Shown in pieces: positions 16,583 through 24,542 of a stretch of DNA of 47,067 bases (within the stretch, counting starts at the first letter, position 1; the number at the start of each line of letters is the position of its first letter). The stretch covers positions 1-47,067 of IMG/VR virus record IMGVR_UViG_3300005764_000026. The stretch is one strand, 5' to 3'. The position numbers and the translations under genes are program-made. Source of the stretch: a virus. Taxonomy: Duplodnaviria > Caudoviricetes. The notes beneath the pieces were generated by a model that did no database searches, was not told the DNA's origin, and saw only the letters and a list, made by a program, of their open reading frames with translations.

Positions 16583-17032
16583 ATGACCCAATGTAGCACC
16601 GTTACCCTGTCCGGCGAGGAGCTCGCCACGCAGGTCCAGATCGCCGAGGAGGCCGCCGACGCGCCGCTCGCCGGCGCGCTCCTCGAGCTCGAGCTCGCGC
16701 AGCGCGCTGAGGCGGAGGCGCGCGCGCTCTTCGAGCAGAGCAACGCGGCGGCGCGGACGCTGCGCGACGCCGTGACCGAGCTCCTGCTCGCCGCCGGATG
16801 GCGCGACCTCGGATGGGCGGTGCGGTACCGCTCCTGCGACGAGCCGCTCCGAATGGAAGGCACCGAGACCGTCGAGGGTGCCGCGGCCGTTATTCGCGCC
16901 GCCGCCGCTGTCCATCGCGAGACCGCGGACAAGCTCGGCGTCGGCACGGCGCCGGCGCGTCTCGTTCGGCGCCTCGAGCGCGCCGCAAGGTCCCTCGCAT
17001 ACCACACAGCCCAGATGAAAAAAGGAGCCTGA
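16583..17032 (+). CDS. hypothetical protein
   Basis: Strong RBS and promoter; 149 aa. Confidence 0.6.
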   Translation: MTQCSTVTLSGEELATQVQIAEEAADAPLAGALLELELAQRAEAEARALFEQSNAAARTLRDAVTELLLAAGWRDLGWAVRYRSCDEPLRMEGTETVEGAAAVIRAAAAVHRETADKLGVGTAPARLVRRLERAARSLAYHTAQMKKGA

Positions 17033-17037
17033 GATCC

Positions 17038-17637
17038 ATGCCCCAATTTGCTATCAGAGTGACCGACGAGCAGCTGGCCGCGATCCACGCGGCGATCAAG
17101 CGTGTGCACCACGTCGACGACCCCGTCGGCCTCGTCTCCGACTACCTCCGCGAGGCCGCGCTCGTCGCCGCCGGCGTCGAGACTTCGACGCGGTCGCTCG
17201 GCGCCGTCGTCGCGCGCTACGCGACGCTCTGCCGCCGCGCGCGCCCGGCGCTCCTGCCCGCGGAGTGGAAGCTCATTTGCGACGCCTTGAATGGGACTTG
17301 GCTCGCCGACGCGATCTCCGTGATCGCGGTCCCGATCGAAATCGCCGATGCGTTGCGGTTGAACGATCTCGCGACCAAATGGCTCGCGACCGAGGACGAA
17401 CGCGCCGCCGTCGATCGCGCGCTCCTCGCGACGCGCACGCACTCGGCGGAGCCGCGCGACGCCGCGCTCCTCGCTGAAGTCCGCGCACGCGGCACCGATC
17501 TCGCCGCGCGGCTGGCCAGGCTGAGCTACGCCGAGCTCCTGGCTATCGTCGACACCGTGGAACGGTATTGGGCGTCCGATAGAGGTATAGTTCCCGGCGA
17601 GGACGGCTGGCGCGATGAGCGCACGGAGATCACCTGA
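17038..17637 (+). CDS. hypothetical protein with possible N-terminal ribbon-helix-helix
   Basis: MPQFAIRVTDEQLAAIHAA...VSDYLREAAL; AAGGAG RBS; stop overlaps the Uma2 start. Confidence 0.55.
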   Translation: MPQFAIRVTDEQLAAIHAAIKRVHHVDDPVGLVSDYLREAALVAAGVETSTRSLGAVVARYATLCRRARPALLPAEWKLICDALNGTWLADAISVIAVPIEIADALRLNDLATKWLATEDERAAVDRALLATRTHSAEPRDAALLAEVRARGTDLAARLARLSYAELLAIVDTVERYWASDRGIVPGEDGWRDERTEIT

Positions 17638-18209
17638 TGAGACCCGAGATCGAAGAAAATTTCACGGCGAAGATCCTCGACCACTACCCCGACCAGCGGG
17701 TCGAGCTCCTCGATGGCCAGCTCGTCTTTTCGCCGCCCCCGACATCCGGGCATGGCGTCGCTCAGACCGCGATCGCCGCGGAGATTTTCGGCCGTTTCCG
17801 CGGCAATGGGCCGCCCGGCGGTGAGGGGTGGTGGATCATGACGGAGATCGATGTGGCCTATGGGCCGCGCACGGTCTGTCGCCATGACCTCGGCGGCTGG
17901 CGCAAGTCGCGGTACCCGCGGCCGCTCGAGCCGAATCGTCCGCGCGTCCTCGAGCGGCCCGACTGGGTCTGCGAGATCCTCTCGCCGTCGAACGCACGGA
18001 ATGACACCGTCGAGAAGCGCCGCCTTCTCCACGGCTTCGGCGTGCCGCACTACTGGATCGTGAACCCGGCGCGCAAGACGCTGCTCGTGCTGCGCTGGGG
18101 TCAAGAGGACTGGCACGAGCTCCCTGTCCTCGCCGCCGGGCACGTCGGCCGCGTCGAGCCCTTCGACGCCGTCGAGATCGAAGTCGCGCGGCTCTTCGGC
18201 GACGCGTAA
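17637..18209 (+). CDS. Uma2 (DUF820) family PD-(D/E)XK endonuclease
   Basis: VELLDGQL..SPPP...H, PDWVCEILSPS..D..EK, GVPHYWIVNP. Confidence 0.88.
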   Translation: MRPEIEENFTAKILDHYPDQRVELLDGQLVFSPPPTSGHGVAQTAIAAEIFGRFRGNGPPGGEGWWIMTEIDVAYGPRTVCRHDLGGWRKSRYPRPLEPNRPRVLERPDWVCEILSPSNARNDTVEKRRLLHGFGVPHYWIVNPARKTLLVLRWGQEDWHELPVLAAGHVGRVEPFDAVEIEVARLFGDA

Positions 18210-18314
18210 ATCAGCACCCACCGCATTCTCCCCGCATTCCCGCCAGCGTCGACCGACCCATGCTTTTTTTGAATTGCATGGAGCCGCCGTGCGTCGCTAA
18301 ATTTGCAAATTGAG

Positions 18315-18527
18315 ATGTACCCAACGGCGGATCGAGCGGGATCGCATAGGCATCGGGCAGAACGGACCGAGGACGGCGGCGTGTTTTTCGCCTGCGTCGG
18401 AGGCTGGCGCTGCGAACCGGCGGCGCATGGTGGCCGGTACTCCGTCGAGCACTGCGCGTGCGGCGCGGTGCGGGAGCGGCTCGACAATGGCGAAAGCGTA
18501 GAGCTCGGCGAATGGGGGATCCGATGA
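18315..18527 (+). CDS. small hypothetical protein
   Basis: 70 aa with HCACG; start uncertain. Confidence 0.35.
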   Translation: MYPTADRAGSHRHRAERTEDGGVFFACVGGWRCEPAAHGGRYSVEHCACGAVRERLDNGESVELGEWGIR

Positions 18528-18603
18528 AGCGCATCGATTACATTTTCATCGCGATGTGCATCGTGGCCGCCATGCTGGTTCTGTGGCAATTCTCGAGCCG
18601 ACC

Positions 18604-18837
18604 ATGAGCGTCATTGTCGACATCGACCCGCGGCAGATCGCAGCGATCGCCGAGGCCATTATCAGAGGCGCCGAGGACGCATTCGGGTCGAAATTCATCG
18701 AACGCGACGCGCCGATCCTGTTCGTGACGATCGCGACCCTGTGGCTCGAGATGGAGACCAAGTTCACGGTCGAGCAAATGGACGCCATTCGCCGGGCCGC
18801 GCTCGACTGCATGCGGCCGCGAGCGAAGAGGGATTGA
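18604..18837 (+). CDS. small hypothetical protein upstream of the cas12-like gene
   Basis: 77 aa (MSVIVDIDP...), ends 1 nt before the cas start. Confidence 0.45.
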   Translation: MSVIVDIDPRQIAAIAEAIIRGAEDAFGSKFIERDAPILFVTIATLWLEMETKFTVEQMDAIRRAALDCMRPRAKRD

Positions 18838-18838
18838 G

Positions 18839-20599
18839 ATGCCGATCACGCGGATCTATCGGTACGGTCTCCTCGAGCCGTTCCTCGGCGCCGAGCTCGT
18901 CGCCGAGCAAATGTCGCTCGCCCATCGCTACCAAAACTCTCTGATCGAGCTCGAGCGCGGCCGGCGCGAGCGCGTGCGCGCCATCATGCTCGGCGCGCCG
19001 TCGCTCGAGGAGGCGCAAGCAATCGTCGACCGGGCGGTCAAGGACCTCCTCGACGCGCGGCAGAAGATCAAGGACGTCCGCAAGGCCGCGCAGCGGCGCG
19101 CCGAGACCGAGGCCGACCGCGCATCGGTGTCTGAGATCGTCGTGCGCCTGCGCGAGGCGCGCCGCGTGCTCAAGGAGACGCGCGCCGCGGTGCGCGCCGA
19201 CAGCGCGATCGCGCTGTCCATCGCCGGCGTGAATGACGAGATCGCCGAGGAGCAAAAGCGCCGGCGCGCCGCATGCGGCGTCTACTGGGGCTCCTATCTC
19301 CTCGTCGAACAAGCGATGGACGCGGCTCGCAAAGCGATCGTGGATCCGCGCTTCCGGCGCTGGGACGGCTCGGGCCGGATCGCGGTGCAGTTGCAGGGTG
19401 GCCTATCATGGGCCGACGCGTGCGCCGGCGATACACGCCTGCGCGTCGACCTCGCGCCGCGCGCCGTCGGCAAGGGCAAGCCGCGGCCGACGGTGTCGCT
19501 CCGCGTCGGATCCAATGGCCGCGACCCGGTCTGGGCATCGTGGCCGATCATCCTGCACCGGCCGGTGCCCGAGGACGCGACCATCATGTGGGCCGCGGTG
19601 CATCGGACGATACTCGGCGGCAAGGCGCGGTGGCATCTCCTCCTGACGCTCCGGCTACCCGATGATTTCGTCGTCGAGAAAGGCGGTAAGGGGACGGTCG
19701 CCGTCGACCTCGGCTGGCGGCAACGCGAGAACGGTCTTCGCGTCGGCTACATGCGCGACGACGCCGGCGACGCCGGCGAGATCCTCCTCGAGCCGGCGAT
19801 CGTCGACGGGTTTAAGAAGGTCGACGACCTGCGTTCGATCCGGGACAAGCGGATCGACGTCATGCGGCCGCGCCTCGCGGAATGGCTACGCGAGAGAGAG
19901 CTTCCCGACTGGCTCGCCGCCGAGCGCGCGACGATGCACTTGTGGAAATCCGCGGCGCGCTTCTCGCGACTCGCCGAGATCTGGCGCGGCAAGCGCTGGG
20001 ACGGCGACGTCGAGGGATTCGACCTCCTCTGGGCCTGGCGCGCGAAGGATCGGCACCTGTGGCTCTGGGAGGCGAACCTCCGGGACAAGGTCCTCGCACG
20101 GCGGCTCGATCGATACCGCGTGCTCGGTGCCGAGCTCGCGCGCAAGTATCATACGCTCGTGCTCGAGGATTTCGACCTGCGCAATTTGCAACGGCACGCG
20201 AAGCCGGAATCGGAGACCGTCGAAATCGGACCGGTGCGCGGCCGGCAGCGGATCGCCGCGCCGAGTCTCCTCAGACAAAAGCTCGTCGACGCATTCGTCG
20301 CGCGCGGCGGCCGCGTCGTCGAGGTTCCATCGGCGAATACCACCCGCTCGTGTCATGCGTGCGGCCTCGTCGAGGCCTGGGACCCGGTGACGAACCTCAT
20401 GCACGCCTGTACGGGCTGCGGCGCGCTCTGGGATCAGGACGACAACGCCTGTCGCAATTTGCTCCTGCGCGAGCGGCTCGGTGCTGACGAGGCCAGCGAG
20501 GCCGCTCGCCCGACGGAGACCGAGCCGAAAACCTCGAAATGGGGCCGGCTTGGTCGTCACAAAAAGCGACCGCTCGCAAGCGGCAATGCAAATGAGTGA
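18839..20599 (+). CDS. compact type V CRISPR effector, Cas12m-like (V-M / V-U1; TnpB-derived)
   Basis: 586 aa; long N-terminal coiled coil, YWGSY, RWDGSGRIAVQLQ, RuvC-I VAVDLGWR, WKSAARF, RuvC-II VLEDFDL, Zn finger CHAC/CTGC, RuvC-III WDQDDNA; CRISPR array 25 bp downstream. Confidence 0.82.
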   Translation: MPITRIYRYGLLEPFLGAELVAEQMSLAHRYQNSLIELERGRRERVRAIMLGAPSLEEAQAIVDRAVKDLLDARQKIKDVRKAAQRRAETEADRASVSEIVVRLREARRVLKETRAAVRADSAIALSIAGVNDEIAEEQKRRRAACGVYWGSYLLVEQAMDAARKAIVDPRFRRWDGSGRIAVQLQGGLSWADACAGDTRLRVDLAPRAVGKGKPRPTVSLRVGSNGRDPVWASWPIILHRPVPEDATIMWAAVHRTILGGKARWHLLLTLRLPDDFVVEKGGKGTVAVDLGWRQRENGLRVGYMRDDAGDAGEILLEPAIVDGFKKVDDLRSIRDKRIDVMRPRLAEWLRERELPDWLAAERATMHLWKSAARFSRLAEIWRGKRWDGDVEGFDLLWAWRAKDRHLWLWEANLRDKVLARRLDRYRVLGAELARKYHTLVLEDFDLRNLQRHAKPESETVEIGPVRGRQRIAAPSLLRQKLVDAFVARGGRVVEVPSANTTRSCHACGLVEAWDPVTNLMHACTGCGALWDQDDNACRNLLLRERLGADEASEAARPTETEPKTSKWGRLGRHKKRPLASGNANE

Positions 20600-20624
20600 A
20601 ATCTCGTGCGAAATTCAGCATGCT

Positions 20625-21304
20625 CCGACAACGCCTGCGCAGGGGCGTGGTTTCTGCGACGCGAAGCCATCCAGCTCGCACCCGACGTACAGGCCGCCAT
20701 CCGACAACGCCTGCGCAGGGGCGTGGTTTCTGCGACTCGTACTTGGTCCCGCCGAGGACGGGCTTGCCGTCGGCCGACAACGCCTGCGCAGGGGCGTGGT
20801 TTCTGCGACCGACAAGCCGCTTGCGAGCCGGGCCCTCTGCAAGCGCCGACAACGCCTGCGCAGGGGCGTGGTTTCTGCGACGCAGAAGGACCACACCTTC
20901 GCCGGCACCTGGTGGGACACCGACAACGCCTGCGCAGGGGCGTGGTTTCTGCGACGTGGGACGGAGACCCGACAACGCCTGCGCAGGGGCGTGGTTTCTG
21001 CGACGAGATCCTCTCGCCGTCGAACGCACGGAATGACACCGTCGACCGACAACGCCTGCGCAGGGGCGTGGTTTCTGCGACGATGACGCGGCGTGAGCGG
21101 CTTGCCCGTGGTCGCGTCCCGACAACGCCTGCGCAGGGGCGTGGTTTCTGCGACATCTCGCAGACCCAGTCGGGCCGCTCGAGGACGCGCGCCGACAACG
21201 CCTGCGCAGGGGCGTGGTTTCTGCGACGAGCTCGCCCTTTATCCTTTGGCCCAATCCGATTGATCCCGCCGACAACGCCTGCGCAGGGGCGTGGTTCCTG
21301 CGAC
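20625..21304 (+). CRISPR. CRISPR array, 10 x 36-bp repeats, 9 spacers
   Basis: Repeat CCGACAACGCCTGCGCAGGGGCGTGGTTTCTGCGAC at 20625, 20701, 20774, 20846, 20920, 20969, 21046, 21119, 21192 and 21269 (last has one T>C); spacers 40, 37, 36, 38, 13, 41, 37, 37 and 41 nt; orientation inferred from the cas gene and the degenerate right end. Confidence 0.97.
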
Positions 21305-21596
21305 GTCATCGCGCAGGAGCGTGGTTCCTGCGACGTCAACGCCTGCGCGGAGGCCACGTGTCCGCGACTGGAATGCGATGTGATGTATCAATGCCTGCGC
21401 AGGGGCACGTGCCTGCGACTGTAGCTGCGGCCTGTGGCCGCACCACAATCGTAGAGACCGATAATGCCTGCGCATGGGGGCATGGTTCTCTGCGATTGGA
21501 ATCATCTGCATTGGCAAAATGCCTGCGCAGGGGCTCCGTTCCTGCGAAACGCGGAAGTCGAGACAAACGCCTGCGCGGAGGCCTCGTGTCCGCGAC
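21305..21596 (+). repeat. six divergent CRISPR-repeat-like units with irregular short spacers
   Basis: Units at about 21311, 21335, 21385, 21458, 21513 and 21561 keep the GC(C)TGCGC..GG..(C/T)GCGA core. Confidence 0.8.
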
Positions 21597-21597
21597 A

Positions 21598-21966
21598 CTA
21601 TCGACGACCTGCAAGCGGTGGCGGCAGCGGCCGCACCGGGACATAGACCCGAAAGGCCTCGGGTTTGACGACGCACTGGTCGTCACACCACACGTCGCGC
21701 GCGTAGGTCGCGGCGGCGAGAAGCGCTGTCATTGAATATGGCCACGTGATCGTCGCGTTGCCGCGCGTGTCCCCGAAAGCCTGGTCGTCGAGGACAATTC
21801 CGTCGCCAGGATCCGTGGAGCGCGAGCAAATCACACCCTGTCCCGGGCCGCTCGCGACGTTGGACGTGATTCGGATCCCGGTCAAGTCGACGCGGTCGCC
21901 GGTCACCCGATCGCGCACCGTCAAGCGCTCCTCGTACGTCTCTCCCTGTGCAACCGTCGCGCTCAT
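21598..21966 (-). CDS. putative virion/baseplate-associated protein
   Basis: TVAQGETY..L...VDLTG motif; last gene of the structural operon. Confidence 0.5.
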   Translation of the reverse strand: MSATVAQGETYEERLTVRDRVTGDRVDLTGIRITSNVASGPGQGVICSRSTDPGDGIVLDDQAFGDTRGNATITWPYSMTALLAAATYARDVWCDDQCVVKPEAFRVYVPVRPLPPPLAGRR

Positions 21967-21974
21967 GATGCCTC

Positions 21975-24122
21975 CTAGATGCCGCGCAGGTCTCCAGTCA
22001 GTCCGGCGGCGATGATACGCGCATCGCTGCCGATCGGCGTGAGCTCGGCGATGGGGCCGATGGCCACGACGACGCCGAGCATCGGCCGATAGACGGCGTA
22101 GGGACTGAGGATCGGGACGCCGAACCCTTCCTCCGACGGAATGCCGATCGGATCGATCAAACGCACGAGACGCGGCCGCCCGAAGGCCTCCGCCGACGCG
22201 ATGCCGCGCGCGTAGAGCTCGAGCGCAAGGCGCGGCGTCCCGAAGGCCTCGACGCTCGCGATGCCGCGCGGCCGGATGACGCCGCTGCCGTCGTCGACGC
22301 CCGGCTCGCCGAAGGCCTCCGCGGACGGGATGCCGTGCGGATAGATCGTCTGGCGCAGCGTCGGAACGCCGAAGGCCTCGGCGCTGGCGATGCCGGCGGC
22401 GGTGAGCCTTTGCGTCAAGCTCGGGATGCCGAAGGCCTCGGCGCTCGGGATGCCGCTCGCGACGAGCTCGAGCGTGAGCCGCGGCGTGCCGAAGGCCTCC
22501 GCGCTCGGGATGCCGACCGGCGCGACGAACTCGATCATGCGCGGCGTGCCGAAGGCCTCCGCCGAGGGAATTCCGGCCGCGTGGAGCTCGAGCGCCAGCG
22601 TAGGCGTGCCGAAGGCCTCGGCCGACGCGATGCCTGTGGGATCGACGAGCTTGACGACGCGCGGGGTGCCGAAGGCCTCGCCGGAAGCGATGCCGGCCGC
22701 CGCGATGTGAAGCCCGAGAACCGGCGTCCCGAACGCCGCCGCGCTCGCGATCCCATTGGGCCCGACGTATTGCGTGAGCTTCGGCGAGCCGAAGGTCTCC
22801 GCCGACGCGATGCCCGTGGGCGATATCGTCTGCGACGGCAGACCCTCGGCGAGCTCAAGCGTGATACCGGCGACCTGGGTATTGACGCCGTTGGTGTTCG
22901 ACGACGTCGATTCGCCGTTCGGCCGGAACTGGTACATCTTGGAGAAACTGCCGGTGGCGATCGAGTACTGCTCGCCCCATCCCGAGCGCGGCGTCGATTG
23001 CGCCGAGCCGTTGACGCCGAAGAAGGCGAAGCAGGCATTGTCGGCGAGCACTGACGAGTTCGGCGTGATCGTCAAGCTCGTCGCCGCCGCCGTCCCCGAG
23101 GTTCCAGTCTTCGACTGGCGAATCGGCGACGACGAATTGCAGCCGCCGAGCTCCCACCAGGAGATGTGGCTGTTCGTCGCCTGCGCCTGGCCGGCGAAGC
23201 TCGCAGTGAACACGCCGGCGCCCGACGCGGTGCCCGTCGCGATGAACGCCGTGATCGCGAGCTGGGTTCCGCCCGAGGCGCCGCACTGCACGGTCGCGAT
23301 CTGCGAGACCGAGAGACCCGACGGCGACGCCGTGATCGTCGGCGTGTTCGTCGTCGTGCCCGAGGTCGCCTCGTTCATGACGATGATGAGCTGGCTCGTG
23401 TTGGCGGTCGGCGTATGCGAGCCGGTCGAAAACGAAGTATTGGTGCTCGAGCCGTTCGGCGCCTGCTCGACGAGCTTCACCGTCGACTGGTGGAATTTGA
23501 TCGTTCCCGAGAATTCGATCCATCCGGTGACGTTGGTGGTGTTCGACTCGTTCGCCGGGCCGTCGGCAATGTCGGTATGCGTCGAAGTGTTGAAGTCACC
23601 GTAGGCGGCGCTCGCGCCGACGGTGCCCGAGCTCGCGGTGTTCTGGTAGCCAATGCCGATGACGATGCGGTCGAGGTCATTGGCGTTGACCGACGACATG
23701 GAATTGCCGTTGAACCAGGCCTTGCTTATCTGCTGGACGCTCGAGATGTTGGTCGCGACGTACTGCGCCGCGGAGAGGAGCGTGCCACGCACCGTCGAGC
23801 CGTCATTCGAGACGACGAAAATCTCCGCGTAGCTTCGAATCGGGCCGCCAGCGGCGGCGATGGCGCGGGTGTAGAGCTGGACGGTGCCCGAGAGGGTCTG
23901 CGCACCGGCGAGCGGCGGCGAGACGTAGTACCGATCCAGTGCGGTTTTGGTACCGGTCGTCCCGACGTTGATCGAAGTCCCAGTGTTCAGACCCGATCCC
24001 ATGTGCTGGAGACCGAGCTGGCGTAGGACGGCGCTGGCCGTGCTCGCCCACACGCCGCCGCCGGTGAACGACGGCGACACCGTCGGCGACGTCTGAAACG
24101 GCAGGTAGCAGCGCGTCGTCAC
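21975..24122 (-). CDS. large Ser/Thr/Gly-rich virion (fiber/appendage) protein with 20-aa tandem repeats
   Basis: About 12 copies of GI(A/P)SAEAFG(T)P at 60-bp period in the C-terminal third. Confidence 0.65.
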   Translation of the reverse strand: MTTRCYLPFQTSPTVSPSFTGGGVWASTASAVLRQLGLQHMGSGLNTGTSINVGTTGTKTALDRYYVSPPLAGAQTLSGTVQLYTRAIAAAGGPIRSYAEIFVVSNDGSTVRGTLLSAAQYVATNISSVQQISKAWFNGNSMSSVNANDLDRIVIGIGYQNTASSGTVGASAAYGDFNTSTHTDIADGPANESNTTNVTGWIEFSGTIKFHQSTVKLVEQAPNGSSTNTSFSTGSHTPTANTSQLIIVMNEATSGTTTNTPTITASPSGLSVSQIATVQCGASGGTQLAITAFIATGTASGAGVFTASFAGQAQATNSHISWWELGGCNSSSPIRQSKTGTSGTAAATSLTITPNSSVLADNACFAFFGVNGSAQSTPRSGWGEQYSIATGSFSKMYQFRPNGESTSSNTNGVNTQVAGITLELAEGLPSQTISPTGIASAETFGSPKLTQYVGPNGIASAAAFGTPVLGLHIAAAGIASGEAFGTPRVVKLVDPTGIASAEAFGTPTLALELHAAGIPSAEAFGTPRMIEFVAPVGIPSAEAFGTPRLTLELVASGIPSAEAFGIPSLTQRLTAAGIASAEAFGVPTLRQTIYPHGIPSAEAFGEPGVDDGSGVIRPRGIASVEAFGTPRLALELYARGIASAEAFGRPRLVRLIDPIGIPSEEGFGVPILSPYAVYRPMLGVVVAIGPIAELTPIGSDARIIAAGLTGDLRGI

Positions 24123-24125
24123 GAG

Positions 24126-24533
24126 CTAGAGCCTGAAGATCTTGTTCGACCCGTTGTCCCAAGTGATGCCGATATCCGCGCCGCTCGGCGTCACCGGCAG
24201 GCCGACGGCGCTGTCGATGTAGCAGATGAGCGGCGACGTGCCAGCGACGCCGGTGTCCTTGAAAAGCACGATCGCTTCGCATGAGGCGCCGGTCACTGCG
24301 GGAAAGGTGATGTCCGCGGCGTCGGCGACGCCAGCGGCGGTCGTCTTCGAAGCCATGCCGGATGCGAGCGTCGCGACGCGCGCGCCCGACGGGATATCGG
24401 AGACGAATTCGTCGGTGGCCTGCGCCGGTGTATAGAGGCCGGTGTCGACGAGGATCGCTTTGATCGTGTCCGAGCTCCACGAAATTGCGCCCGTCAGGAA
24501 CTTCTCGCGGCCCTTGTCGTAGAGGTAGCTCAT
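24126..24533 (-). CDS. putative virion structural protein
   Basis: 135 aa; DAADITF...GLPVTPSGADI..TW. Confidence 0.6.
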   Translation of the reverse strand: MSYLYDKGREKFLTGAISWSSDTIKAILVDTGLYTPAQATDEFVSDIPSGARVATLASGMASKTTAAGVADAADITFPAVTGASCEAIVLFKDTGVAGTSPLICYIDSAVGLPVTPSGADIGITWDNGSNKIFRL

Positions 24534-24542
24534 TGATCACTC

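Noticed and set aside
20572-20584. 13-nt match of spacer 3 to the 3' end of the cas12-like gene (autoregulation?)
   Set aside because: The first six guide positions mostly mismatch and spacer 3 is itself a hairpin; insufficient evidence
18839-20599. IS200/IS605 TnpB transposon
   Set aside because: No tnpA or IS ends seen, the protein is larger than typical TnpB, and a true CRISPR array follows directly
21082-21118. Spacer 7 resembling the terS start (MTRRERLAR vs MSRTERLER) or the portal (G..LTP)
   Set aside because: Two mutually exclusive weak similarities in low-complexity sequence
20397-21735. Multiple long ORFs over the CRISPR array
   Set aside because: Their repeating peptides are translations of the 36-bp repeat, which lacks stops; not genes
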